This document shows, one piece after another, positions 38,131 to 51,842 of a stretch of DNA of 64,000 bases. This DNA is from Pelomyxa schiedti (lineage: Eukaryota > Protista > Evosea): contig JAHLWZ010000183.1 of assembly GCA_020536535.1 (NCBI GenBank), positions 1 to 64,000 on the forward strand, written 5' to 3'. Within the stretch, counting starts at the first letter, position 1. Each line of letters begins with the position of its first letter. The translations under genes were made by a program, and so were the position numbers. The notes under the pieces are model-generated. The model worked only from the letters and a program-made list of their open reading frames with translations. It made no database searches and was not told the origin of the DNA.

Positions 38131-40339
38131 TTAGGTGCCCATGTGGTCGTAGACTATAGAGTCGTCCTTACTTGGGCAGACAGTGTAAAGACCAAGTATG
38201 TCTTTGACCCCTACAATGAGGTCGCTGAGAGTTGGGTACGCTTGTGATGTTATTTCTTCAGAGTTGATTTGGTACCCGTTGTGCCGTCTGTGAGAGCGTT
38301 ATGGTGGCGTTCAGAATCCCCCAACTAACCTTGCGATTCTGGAATGCACAACACATAGTTTTCCCGCTTTCGTAATCACTCTGGATATTGTGAAGCAACC
38401 CTGAGATGTGTTACTGAATCGAATGAGGTACGCCCCTGGCTGGGCTGGAAGGCGAGATAGAGCGGCTTTCCCATCTATGTCACCATGAAACCAAGGTGCA
38501 ATAACCACTTGATGAATCTGGACTTATTAAATACTGTTCATATCTCTATGCCTACCTTGCTCAGAAGTTTAATTCCTTCCTCTAAATTCCCAAACCACGC
38601 AAGAGCTCTGCCGAACTGTTCGATTTTAACCATATCCACATTGTTAGACAATTCAGGTTTTCCTGAGACAGGTCATTGTTAAATTGTTAAGAGTCAGAAC
38701 GACTGACTGAAACATACCCACAAGTACGGATTTCAGTGACCGCATCATCGGTTCATGCTCTACTGAGGTGTGAAATATAACGGAGAAGCTTGTGGCAAAG
38801 TTATCCCAAAGAACCTCTTCACACTACCAACGTTAATAGCGAACCGAGCTACAGGAGGAAAAACAAACATTGTCTCCGAAGGCGCCACGCCAGAATTGCT
38901 GCGCATAAGGCTCTGCGATGCACTCGGAAAGTATCTGTTGTTTTTTAGTTGTTTAGATTTATGTGGAGTTGAATGCAAAGGACACACTAAAGTATTAACA
39001 GTTGTGACAATTTGCTTGAAGCTTGGCCTTTCAGCAGAAACGGGGTTCCAGCACTCACTGAAAAAGGCACTGTAAGAATACTGGAGTGCAACTGGAAGCT
39101 TACTTCATAAGTTGCATAAGAGCAGTAATTGTATCCCGTTGGACAAAAACCTCACTTTCGAGTTTTTGCAACATAGCTGTCGGAATTTGTGGTCGAGCAT
39201 TTCCATCACAAACTTCAGCTCTGAATTCTTGAAGGTATGAGCCGAAGAAAGAACAGTACAGCACGTTATAAATAAATAGTACAGAAAAATGAGTAAAAGG
39301 GCTCACGGTCGAGATTAGAGGTTTCGCTGTACTCAGGAAACAGAGGTTTCCTGGCAAGAAGTTGCCAAAGAACTAACCCAAAACTAATTCCAGTTAACAA
39401 AACACTCATGCAAACAAGTTTTACCTGTATATATCTGCCTTTTCATTAAATGGCTCTCCTCTTAATACTTCAGGAGCCATCCACAGAGGTGACTACATGG
39501 AATAAGTCCGATTGCAAATTTCCCTGCATACCCCTGCTGTTCCACGAAGCTGTTGGCCAGGTGGTAGCAATTTACTCAATCCAAAGTCAGATACTTTTAC
39601 TCGAGAGTGCTCATCAAGCAGTAAATTTGAGGCTTGATGTGAGGAGTAAGAAGGAGTAGGAGGACTGCAATTTTAAAATACTTTTTAGATCACTGTGGAT
39701 GATGACAGGGTTTGACCCATGCAACCAGTTCATTCCCAATGCTGCATCCTTGGCCATTAATAATCGCACAAAACCACGAAGAGGTGTTGCCCCAAGCAAA
39801 AGCGATTCCATGTCTTGCTATTATGCCCAAAGTGAGTGAGTAACTATTTAGACGGTCACTCACTTTTAAGAGTTCCATGCACATTAGTAAACACCCTGGT
39901 TTGGAGCATGCTCCCATGAATAAACAAACATTTGGGTGCGGCGCCAATCTTTTTTAATAAAGATTCGGGGGAAAATGGCTTTGAGGAAAAGGAGAGTAAA
40001 TGTATCTTGGAATACCTGTTTGCAACCACTTCTCGTCTAAACGCCTCGAGTGCAGCAGCATCAATTTGACTTTCTAGAACCTTAACAGCCACATCTTTGC
40101 ACCTACATCTCCCTTTCCACACTGTGCCGTACGCGCCTTCAACGAAGTATTAAACCATGGAGAAAAGAAAAAAAAAGGGGAAAAAAAAAAAAAACCGCAA
40201 CAGCGGAAAAAGACAGCAAGCACGTATGGAAGACAGAGAAAAGGAAACGGAAACTACCTTGGCCTATTTGATACTCCAACTCGATCTCATTCTGTTCGAT
40301 CTCGGGGTGCGCCCTGGGTGGCCGTGGTTTCATCATCAT
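38131..40339 (-). CDS. Tyrosine-kinase-like kinase with C-terminal SH2 domain (Shk family)
   Basis: IGQGAYGTVWKG..VAVK, PHPNVCLFMGAC, ALGMNWLHGSNPVIIHSDLK, VSDFGL, PLWMAPEVL, ECWNPVSAERPSF. SH2: WFHGDIDGKAALSRL...YLIRFS...FTIS. Start is approximate. Confidence 0.9.
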
Positions 40340-40517
40340 CCTCGAGTTTTTTCCGTCCGGATCTGAGTTTTTTTGAAAATCGAATTGTTTTTGCCCCTGT
40401 TGTTCTCTTCGCGATTTTTTGGTTTGGCAACATTTGCCTGCAACTTCTTGTTCGCGGAACCACAGGGTTGCCAGATCGACAGGTTGAGAAACAAAAACCA
40501 TAAAAAATAAAAAACCC

Positions 40518-43117
40518 ATGACAAGCACTGCTGCTGTGGTGCCTCCAAGTGACTGGAACGAGGCTGATGTAACCCGGTGGTTGTCTCAAAATGGCTTCTC
40601 TTCTACATCGTTGGTGGTACGTTAGATCTTCTTCTTGTTGTTTGTGGGAATGGTTGTGGAGGAAGTTCAACCACACGGTCTTTTCTTTTTTCGTCTTGGT
40701 GGTGCTAACAGTCCTCCAAAGGGGGTGACAGGAAAAGTTCTTTCGGAATTCACTGCTGATGCACTAAAGGCACCTCCTTATTCACTTCCTGCTGACGAAG
40801 CAAGCAAACTCGTTACTGAAATAGGCAAAGTGGTTGCTGGTATGCACAGAGTTTGAAAAGAGGTTTTCCTTAACTTCTTTCCACCCCCCAGCAAGCGCAC
40901 TTAATGATATCTTTGATTCTATGCTCGACCTTGGGGATACTGGGGAGGAGGAAACCTCGAAACCTGACTTCGATTTTCTTGCGTCTACTGAGTCAGATGA
41001 TGAGGATGATGACGCAAATCTCATCCTTAAGCTTTCTAAAAGCAGTCTTACTGCAACGAAACCTGCAACCCCACCTGCAAGCTCAATTGCAATTTCTCTC
41101 TCACCCACACCATCTTCCCCTGGAAACACAGTGGGTCCCATACGAGCTCCCATGTGCACTTCTGTTTCAACTGCATTCAGTTCTTCCACTCCTGCTCTTC
41201 CAAGTGAGGAACCAGGTGCTGCACCTCTGAGAGCCGAGTTTGTAAGGGTATGCATGATACCTCCTCTTCCTGCAATTCTTAATGAGTTTTAGAACGGGAA
41301 ATTGATTACTCTTGTGGAGTACGTACCTGGGGTATCTGCACCACGACCCCCAAAAGAGTAGCCCTTCCATATCCAATTTCTATAGTTGACCACTTCACCA
41401 GGTTTATCTATCGGCCCGCACATCTCCTTCAGATGATACACACGATGGATGCGTCGGTATGGGACCCTTCAACATCCGATTACTGGAGTACCGCCTCACC
41501 TCCACATGAATCCTGGGTGGTGAGTTACACTGCTACACACTTAATTGATTTGACCATCAAATAGGCACAACCACCAATCAACGCTCTGCAGAACGGGATG
41601 CCTCTTGTAGATATGAAAATTCGCCAGGCTGGCTATAGTGTTGAAATCGACTGGAATTCAGTATCACATAATTATCCTGTTGAACCAAGTATCATTGTAG
41701 ATGCCAATAGCGATACACCCTTTTACAAAGAGACTTTGTCTGATATCCGTATGTTTCTTCCCCAATAGCAAATTCTCACTTATCGCAGCACATAAAAACT
41801 ACGTTATTATTACCGCTGATTGCCCATATATTATTTCGGTTGATGCCCCTACAAGGGACAATGGCTGTCGGAAAGTGTTAATTAGGACTAAGAGCGTATG
41901 AAGTCGAAAATTTTTTTTTGAGACCCCTAAGTGCATCCAGGGTGACAAACGTATTCTTCTTCCAGCAAGTGATAAAGCAAATTTCTTGTCATATATTGCT
42001 GCATTCTGTCTGAGATTACCCCCGTACCCCTCCGCATATTTTTGTTTTTCAAAAAGCCCTGCAATTAATCTATTGCTCATTTTAGAGATGCGCCATTCAT
42101 AGAAGTAAAAAATCCAGCTATAGTCAAGGAACTTATTCAATTTGATGCCCGCAATATGGTTACTACATATAAATTCGCTGTACTATACTGCAAGGCTCTG
42201 CAACATGTTGAAAATGATATATACAGTAACAAGGACGGTAGTCCACAATATCAAGAGTTCTTGAGATTTCTTGGCAATGGGGAGCCAATTACCCTCCTAA
42301 ACTGGCCCAAGTTTAGAGGAGGGTTAGATATAAGGAGTATGCCTCTTTTTGGTTATCTGCTTTATGTAATCTCTACTGCCAGCAAATATCACTGGAGAAA
42401 AATCAGTTTACACAGAGTTTCGTGGATACGAAATAATGTTTCATGTACTTTCCTTCTGTAAAAAACACCTCTAAGTATCTCAATTTCAGGTTGCGACTAT
42501 GCTGCCGTTCCAAGAAGGAGACCCACAAAGAGTACACTTTTTTTTTTATCTGGGGATTTGTCTCATTTTTGCCTAGATTGAACGGAAAAGGCATCTTGGA
42601 AACGATGTCGTTATGATAGTGTTCAAAGAAATGGCCGATGATATGGACCTATTTAACCCGAAGATTATCATGTCGCACTTCAATAGTATCCCTTCTCATC
42701 CCCGTTTTTCTTTCAATAACTCTCCCTCAGACTGCTTCTTTGTGATTACACCAATTACCAATTCCATTGGGAAGACCACACATTACAAGTACTGTATTTC
42801 ATCAAGTTAGGTCGTTCCGGTAATCATATACTCACAGAATGACGGTGGCGAATAAAGAAGGCATCCCTCCATACTCCCCTTTCATGCCCGATTGTCCTAT
42901 CTTCCCCAAAGACAACACATTCAGAGACTTCTTGCTTCTCAAACGTATGTAAAACGAGCACCCCCACATAGTTCTGACCAGAATACTGATACAACTCCTT
43001 TTAGTCATAAATGCCGAGAGAACCACAGTCATTACAGCCAAAGAGTTCCGCTGGAGGTTGGAATTTGCCCGCTCCACATCCCTCACTGAAATGTGCACCA
43101 AGTATTCTAAACCCTAA
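40518..43117 (+). CDS. SAM-like + Rap/Ran-GAP domain protein
   Basis: N-terminal DWNEADVTRWL...GVTGKVL (SAM-like). RapGAP: YKFAVLY...YQEFLRFLG...WPKFRGGLD...YTEFRGYEIMFHV...ERKRHLGNDVVMIVF...FRDFLLLKLINAE. Confidence 0.88.
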
Positions 43118-43350
43118 GATCAAAGTCACTCACAGCCAGCATTTATCTTCCTACTATGCACAACAGCCAGCAGTAATCTATTTAGAAAAAAAAAGTTTTG
43201 TTTTAATCTGCCAAATCTAAACTGTGGTTTTTATTGGGGTTTTCGTTTCTTCGAAGGCGGCACTTAACCTGTCTTTCGCCGTTCATCACTTTTGTAGTGT
43301 GGATCTGCCTATTCTCCGGAGATCATAAACAACAAACATATCATAGGGAG

Positions 43351-46300
43351 ATGACCGAAGTAACGACAGCGTTGAGCCCTGCTGAACTCAGTTGAGTCGG
43401 TTTTTCCCTTTGTTTCTTGCTCACTATCCTTTTACACTTAATACCAACAAACACTCTATGAACACAATAAAAAAACAAAAATTAATGAACAAAAGAAATA
43501 CTGGAGACAGTGGTAAAGGAGAGGAGAGAGGAAGTTAAATTTGCATTGAAAGCACCAGTATTTGTTGCGGGTGAAAAGGCTGTAGCCCCCAGAATAATCC
43601 TTATCAGTAGCAAAAGGGTTTTTATAATTAAGCCTAATGGCAAGGTATGATTCTCTCGAATTAATCTTGGTGGTATGGTGATGGAAAAATCCTAGGGTTC
43701 ATTAGATTCCCATTTTTTGGATCTTTTGGAACTTGTTAGTCCAGCACCAGATGAGGTAATGCAACAGTACTCCTTATTTTTCTTTTGGTTCATTATGACT
43801 AGCTGGCACTCAAATTTCGCTCTTTCTCTGTGAGAATGTCACTCCCTACAGCTACTGACAAAATAACATCAATGATTTCGATGTTGTGGGCAATGTTCCA
43901 AGCCAATTTTCCTTCCACGGATGCGCAGTCAGTTTATCAAATGAAGTTCCTTGTATTGCCACCTGAAAGGTTCCATCGTACCATCGGTTTTACCACTCAC
44001 TTTTTTTTATAGGTTAGACCAGGCTAGGGCAATGGGTAAACAGCTAGCTTTCGATTTCCTTTAATTTTTTATGTAGTTCCACCACTCACTCCTGGCGCAT
44101 GTTGTGGCTTCACTAACTCCTATCAGACTATATGTGACTGGATGGGGGCCACTCCTGTGGCAGAGGTTAGAATAATTTGATTCCCTCTGTGTCTTATTCT
44201 TTCAGATCAATTGGGATATTGACAATTTATATCCCCGGTGTGGATGCAAAGATTTTGATTTTAATGCTGGAAGGAAAGGTACATTCTTTATCTGCCACTG
44301 TTTTGCATGAAATTTTACCCTCTGTAGAAAGCCTCTCAATTCCAGACATAAAGCCTCTCATGTATACCTTGCAAAACAACAATTGGTTTACTTCGCTTAC
44401 TGTAAAGGACTTTCAACTAAAAGAATCCATTTCTTGTATAGCCAATGTGCTGAGGTTCAAACTGCACACTTCTGGCACAAAACTAATCGCAACTTCTGCC
44501 AAAAAAAAAAGAGTGAATAAGTTCATAAACAAACTTGTACTCTCAGGGTGCGGACTCACAAAAGAAAACATTGACGTTGTTGTGGAAGGACTCGTTAATA
44601 ACAAACTCTATCCTCTGACACATCTTGACTTAAGCAATAATATGTTGGAAGTGTGTCTTCGGAAGTTAACCATCGTATCAACAAACTGTTTTAGGATAGA
44701 GGCTTTGCTTCAATTGCATCAGCATTGTCACAAATGCGGGCAATTCATACCCTGGATCTTGGAAACTGTTCAGGTATTCAGCTTTCAGTCTCTTTCCCGC
44801 TAAGTAGCAAAAGGGGGGAAAGTTGGTTCAGCCACAGTTTTGGACGCAATATCCGCCAATGTTCCACTTGTAACAGGACTAAAATCATTCAATTTCTCCA
44901 ACAACATGTACGTTTTTGTGCTTGATGTGCCAATATTTCTCATGGCTTTATCTAGGCTAGGAAGTGAAGGGAGCACTGCCCTTGCCAAGTTGATTGGAGC
45001 AGCAACATCACTTCACACCCTCAATATCTCTGGATGTGCTGCCGCATTTGACATTTTAAAGCTTTCAAAAAGCTACTCCGTGAGGTAGAAATTCGCTTTC
45101 CACAAACCAAAAGGAAGACAAATAAATTCGGGATTGCAGGGATTTGGATGTGTCAAACCACCACATCACCACTTCAAAAATGGATACATGTAGCAAACTT
45201 GCCGGTTTTCTCAAAGGACTCGAAAAACTAGAAACTCTTTCCCTTTCTAAGTGCCAAATAAACATGGAGGCGGTTCAGGTATGCCTCGTAATGGCTGAGA
45301 ATCTGGAGACACTTAAATTTTGACAGGTCCTTACCGCACCAGATAGTAAGCTTATGTCTATAACTTCGCTCAATTTGAATGACAATGACCTCAGTGATGA
45401 TGGGGTTTAGCCTCTTTTTTGTTTGTTTCTATTGACTGTCTGTAGATTGTACGACTTTGTGAAGCCATCTCTACTCATCCTTCACTAACGACTCTCTCTA
45501 TAAGCCGGAATTTTTCTAGAAGGTACTTTGAATTTCCCCTTCCTTCCATTTCTGACAACTAAAGAACCCGGCTGAGGAGTAAAATGATCGTGAGCCTTGT
45601 ACAACTTATTGAATCAGATTGTCCGCTCATCAGCTTGGAAATAGAAGGCAATGCAAGAAATGCACTGAAGACTGAAGTTCTGCCTCTATTGTTCTCAATG
45701 ATGACAAATAAATCAATCACTCACCTCAACATAAGGTTTGTTCTTTTGTTTATGGTGGGTGATAATGTTTAACCCCTAACTCACTTTTCTTCATGAAGTG
45801 GGCATGGAATAGGAGATGACTGCGCAGCAACTTTCTTCAGGGTGTTACAAACTAATAATGTACTGCGGTCTTTACAATGGGATGATAATCATACTACCCT
45901 GCAAGGATTTCAGTACTTCTTAAATGGGATTTCCAAGTAGAACTTCTATTGCCAATAACACATTTACAATCAAAATTTAGAAACACAACATTGAGTGTGA
46001 TGCCACTTCCTGTTGTGGATGTGTCAAGAGAGGTTTTGAGACTCGATAAGCAGCCCTCTTACCAAGTATAACTGTTTTAAAGACGGCTCTGAACATCTTT
46101 TCAGACTTTGCTTGATGTTTTGTCAGACATATCAAAGCATATTTCGAAGAACGTTTCCACACCCCCCTCTGCAGTTGATTTGACAAACCAATTCCTTCCT
46201 CCGCCACTCCCTTTGTTGCATGACGGTAGAGCCCAAACAGCCTCTCCAGCACCTACCGTTTCCTCACCACCACTCTCTGAGGCAACAGCCTCTTCAACCG

Positions 46301-46362
46301 GAACCTGCACTACCCCTCGCCCTTCACACCTTCTGCCCAAGAACAGGCCCTCGCGATCCTAG
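43351..46362 (+). CDS. CARMIL-like protein (PH-like/linker + LRR) with short Pro-rich tail
   Basis: CARMIL linker signature GFTNSYQTICDWMG...INWDIDNLY...IKPLMYTLQNNNWFTSLTVKD, RI-like LRRs (LTHLDLSNN, HTLDLGNC, LQWDDN) and NTTLSVMPLPVVD. The 3' end is approximate. Confidence 0.8.
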
Positions 46363-46552
46363 ACACAATCACACTATTAGCACTGGCAACATCCTCCCTG
46401 TTATCTCACCCTATACCACTGAAGCAACAATAGACCGACAATCACCTTTAATTACCTACTTTTTCCATCACTGAATTTTGGCCTGCTTGTGAGAAACGAC
46501 CCACTGTTTGTGCATAGTGTTGTAGCATTGGTTTTGTTTATACGTGCCCATA

Positions 46553-49500
46553 ATGTCAAGTGGGAGCAGTAAAAATGATGTTATGAGGGACAGGCTTGGG
46601 TTGGGGCCTACCACCGACGAGGACTCGTCGAAAAATGAATTGCCACAACCATCAAGACCAACGACGGCTCAAAATGTGTGTTGTGCACTTTTTTTTTTTT
46701 GTTTGTTGCTTTGTTTATGCCTCTTTCTGGCAATTCCTATATCTTGTGCTTTTTTTGATAGTGTTTTTGAAACATATTAGAGGTATCACTACTTTTCCCT
46801 CTTTGAAGTCACTGTATAAAACCTTTTTGTCAAGAAATAGGGCTCGTGCTGCTTTTACACCGGAAGTGTGAAGTATACATAGTGAGACTATTTCTCATCT
46901 CTCCTACAGGATGAAACCGGCATTTTAGAGTTACTAGAAACACAAGAACCAGGACCCAAAGAAAGGTAAACTTGATATTTACTTTTATCACCCAACAAAG
47001 GGAATAGCAAAGGCGATAAAACCTCTGCTCCGCGTTTCGGTTCAGTTCCGTCACAAACAAATCCACCCCCACAAAGGTGTGCCCCTTTTTCTGTGTCACA
47101 CTTTTGGCTCTATTCATACTTGTAAGTAAAGGGACATTCCAGTCAGAGGAAGAAGGATATGTACCCTCTTCTGGAACTGGAACTCGGAACCTTGGGTTAA
47201 TTCCCGCCATTTCTAATTAAACTCTTACTCAGCACAGAACTCCTGGGAGATTTGGGCCAGTACCAAGTCGACCCCCATCTGCTAGTAATTCCCCTTCTGT
47301 TACACAATTTCCAGTTCAATCAACACACCACAAGCCCCTGTGGCATCAAGCACAGCTACTGCAACAAAGCCTGGGCAAGGGATTGCTAGTTTATTCCCTA
47401 AAACGGGTTTTTCAAGTGCAGGGAGCCCCAGCAAACCCGTACAGCCTTCATCTGCACCAGCCAACAAATCTGGGAACGGAAAAACTATTCTTAAGAATTC
47501 AGTCCTGCGTGATATGTATTCCTGCCTCATAGTTCTGTCTATGATAGTAACATGGTGCAGTAATAAGTGGTATGAGTGGCTCGACCTATCTGGTGCATCC
47601 AATGCACAGTTGATTGCTCTTGCTGAAGATGCATCACGAAATGCAGTCCTACCTGATGGCTGGGAAGAGAAGGTATAAAAATCTCCAAATAACTAATGTT
47701 TTGACTTCTCATAGCCAGGGGGAATTTTTTTTAACAGTTCCACTGGAAAAACAGAGTCCAGTCCCCCCAATATTGGATTTTATCTTGACAGATTAAATAC
47801 TTTAAAACTTCAACTTAAGGCCCAAAATGCTCTGGAAGACTCAGACCAAGGTTTCTCCTTTATCCACTCTTCTAATAACAAAGTACTTCAGAAGAAGATG
47901 AGGACGAACAAGATCCTGAAAATTCTGACTCAGTCGAAGACCAGGAAGAGGAAGACTATGAAGCTCCAGACTTTGAAGAGCCTCCTTCACCCAAAAATAA
48001 AAGACCAACAACGTCTGTATTACACAACTTTGAGTGCCTAAGTAACATCTCTAGCCAACAGACACAATCATCCCAAGGGAATAATAGACAAGTGCATTCG
48101 AGTACTATCACTAACCCTGCAAATGTACAACAAATATCCCATTCTTTGACAACGGCACCACTTCAAATCGAAAACACAATGAAACCCCTTTCAAACAGTG
48201 AAACACTGGCTCAATCCACACAATTAATCCTACTCAAAGAACAATACACGGCAAAGATTCTCGAAATGCAAAACACTGTAACATATCTCTGCTCCCTCTT
48301 GGCCTTAGTTAAAGAGTAAAAGATACAAACACTTAATTCACAATTATCACAAATGGCACAACATCACGCCAAGGAGCTACTAACACAACAAACGATGTAT
48401 GAGGCTCAGGTTTTTTTTGTTCTTCCTCCACTAAAGAATTGACATCCAACAAGATAAAATCTTTGCGTGAAGATATTCTCCTTTTACAACAGCAACATAA
48501 AGAGGCCCTTTCCTCATTTTCTGAACAGCAAAAATCTCAGGTATCTACTTTCTTACTTGAGTTGTCCAGGCAACTCCTTCTAGGAAACTCTATGGTATTC
48601 CAAGCTCCAATCCAGAGAGCAAGAAGTCACCGACACTCGAAATAAATTGGAAATGGAGCGGGCACAACTCGCTCAGGAAAGGGGCAAAGTACATTTCGTC
48701 TATCTCCCATATCATCTAATGAGAGAAGTTTGATGAATTAGTCACCCAGCTGACAAGCTTGGCCTGTGGGCGTCCGATTGACCACTTTGTGGAAAAAAAC
48801 CCCAAGCTCGAGTCACTCAAGGTCAGGAACTAACATGAGACTCCAAGTTGATAAATATTGCTCCAAGGTAGCTTTAGAAGAACAAAAGAAGACTTTTAAG
48901 GCCCAGATGGAAAACGAATTTCAAAAGCAGAAACAATTCCATGACCTTAAACTCACAGAATTGGAGGTCAAGCTAAAAGCAGTTGAAATGGTAAACTTCC
49001 AGCAAAATCAAGTTACTCATCTGGATCGCAGGATCGGGAATTGCTTCAACAACGAGAATTAGCACTCAATTCAACAGCCAAGGAGCTCCTCTCGAGAGAA
49101 AGTGCCTTCAATAAAATTAAAACAGAAAAAGAAGCTGCACTTGAGTTGGGTACCCATTCCTTCATGGTTGGGTGCCATCTAACTGCCACTAGAAAAGGAT
49201 GATTTGTCACGACAAAAAATGAAAAATCAAGCAGAGAAAGAGGAACTCATGCAATTACGAAGCAACCTCACAGAACACCGGAGATCCTTGGAGCGAGTAT
49301 TCTGATCAAGTGTAAGATTTTTTTTACCCATTACACAGGACAGGACTGACTTTTTGTGTGAAACCATGAAAGTTTCTGATACTTCATCTCAACTTCAGGT
49401 GCCTTTCAGCCACACCTTTTCCCAATACTTATCGACTGCAGGCGCAATCACAGCAAGTTGTATTTATGCATCAACAGTGCCTACAGGAAAGAAAGCGTGC

Positions 49501-50273
49501 GGAGGAAATGATGAAGGAAGTGGAACACTTAAGGCAATGGAAAATCAGGGTTAACTTTTTATGCTTACTTGTCTTGTATAAATCCCTCACGCTTAACTAG
49601 GCGGAAGACCAACAGAGAGCATTAGAAGAAGGACACCGAGAATTGCAACAACAGTGGGCACGACTCCGATCCGAAAGGCAACAACTTCTGTACGAGCGCA
49701 CTGCAAAACTAGCAATGTGTGTCCCTGCCCGCCAAATACCCAACTCTCTCAACTAACAAAAAAGCAAGGTCCGGTGTATCATCACCAACATCCAACCAAA
49801 CATATTCATCATTCACACCTGCAAATCCTAACACTGTTATACCCCCACTCACGCCATTGCACTCTCCTATTCCCACAACCGCGGCCACACCCCAACTTAT
49901 TCCACACTCAAATTCAATGCAACAGACATCCTTGCTTCTATCACAGCTGCACTCCCAAGTCAACTCGGAGCTCTCTGCAACTTCTACTGTGTGTTATTTT
50001 TGTTTTTATTTTTCTCACTCTAATAAAACAAAAAAAGCGGCAATCAACCCTGGACAACCAAGCAACGTTTCTTCACTCTATGGGTTTATAAAAACAAGAA
50101 ATTTCTCTCCACAAACTGTTCTTCTTTCCTGGGACACCCGTGGCCCACCACTGGGAGACATTCTCAACAAAGTACTACGTACTACGAAAGAAGCTCTCCT
50201 GGAACAAAGTGGCCTCTTTGAATCCTCCCAGTGTAACACATTGAACGTACCTGATGTGAACATGCAATTCTAG
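46553..50273 (+). CDS. Long coiled-coil protein with WW-like domain (tentatively CEP164-like)
   Basis: WLDLSGASNAQLIALAEDASRNAVLPDGWEEK..GEFFFNSSTGKTESSPP, an acidic tract, then many Glu/Gln/Lys heptad-rich exons and a Pro/Ser tail. Confidence 0.6.
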
Positions 50274-50404
50274 ACGTTTCTTTTATTTTTTTTCCCCTTC
50301 TTCTGATTGGCTTTTAATCTCATGTCCGCCACGGGCCAGATACACAAAATAACAAAAAAGATAAAAAAACCTCCTACTGATTAAGAGTCACATCGACTGG
50401 GGCA

Positions 50405-51842
50405 ATGTACAACAGCAGAATTGACGTGAGTTGCCTGCGCACCTGTCAAATCACCCCACTGCTGCTTCGTTTCTCGTATTATCATTAATTAATTATAAAA
50501 AACACCCACAAACGAGAACGACGGCAGACACGACTGACTTTTGTGTGTTTTGGTATCGCAGCTGTCGAGGCTGGTCATTGAGCGCACCACAACTCCCAAG
50601 CCCAAACCAGTGGACAAATCCAAGCTGCTGTTTGGGAGGCAGTTCACTGATCACATGTTGTTGATACCGTGGGAGGCCGCCTCTGGCTGGGGCACTCCCC
50701 GCATCACCGCCTACGCTCCGTTGGCGCTGGATTTGAGTTGCTCATGCTTCCATTACGGCCTGGAGGTGTTTGAGGGCATGAAGGCCTACAAGGACGCACA
50801 GGGCAGAGTCAGGCTGTTCAGGCCAATGATGAACATCAATAGGTTGAACATTTCTGCTAGGCGAATCGCTCTCCCGGTAACTCAGTCGCTTTACTGTTTG
50901 TGGTCTGTTTAACCCAGTTGTTAGGAGTGTGATGCTGAAGGATTTTTTTCGTGCCTGAAGGAATTGTTGCGACTCGAATCAGACTGGATTCCAGAAGGAA
51001 AAGGCTTCTCACTGTACGTCCGCCCTTGCCTCATAGCAACGCAAGCAACACTGGGAGTCGCTGTTCCTCAGAGTGCCCTCTTGTTTGTCATTCTCAGTCC
51101 AGTTGGCCCATACTATCCCACTGGCTGGAAGGCAGTGAAGCTGTTATGCAGTGATGGCAAGTACTGCAGAGCATGGCCAGGAGGGACGGGGTTCACTAAG
51201 TGTGGCGGGTATTCCTCCTTTTTTCCCTTAACAATGGCAATCTGACACCGCGTAGTAACTATGCCCCGACTATTTTACCTGCCAGAGAGGCTCAAGAAAA
51301 GGGATACCAACAGGTGCTATGGTTGTATGAAGACAGGATAACTGAAGTGGGCACGATGAATTTCTTCGTTTTTATCATCAACGATGGTGCGGATTCGTAT
51401 TGAGATTTTCCTGCTTAATTCATGCAACAAATAGATGGAGAAAGGGAGCTCATAACATGTCCTTTGGGTGATACCATACTTCCTGGAGTAACCCGCGATA
51501 GTGTTCTTGGTATGGCAAGGGCTTGGAACGAATTCAAGGTCTCTGAGAGGTACATCACCATGAGGGATCTTGCCCGACTTGCTGAGGCAGGAAAGGTAGC
51601 TTTCTCAAAAGCATTACCCACCACTTATGCCCCTTCCTTAGGTTATTGAAGCCTTTGGTACCGGTACAGCGGCAGTCGTCTCGCCAGTGTGTATGATCAA
51701 CTATGAAGGCAGAGACTACAAAATCCCACTCAATCCCAGTGACGCTGCAAGCCAGGCTGGCCCTCTCACACAGCGCATCTATGAAGAACTCACCAGGATA
51801 CAATACGGAGAAGTGACTCACGAGTGGTCCGTGCTCCTTTAA
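50405..51842 (+). CDS. BCAT: Branched-chain amino acid aminotransferase
   Basis: FGRQFTDHML, FHYGLEVFEGMKAY, RLFRP, SLYVRP, RAWPGGTGFTKCGGNYAPT, QQVLWL, EVGTMNFF, ILPGVTRDS, EAFGTGTAAVVSPV, IQYG. Confidence 0.95.

Noticed and set aside
50405-51842. BCAT lacking a mitochondrial presequence as a sign of anaerobic organelle reduction
   Set aside because: Cytosolic BCATs are common, so one gene is not evidence.
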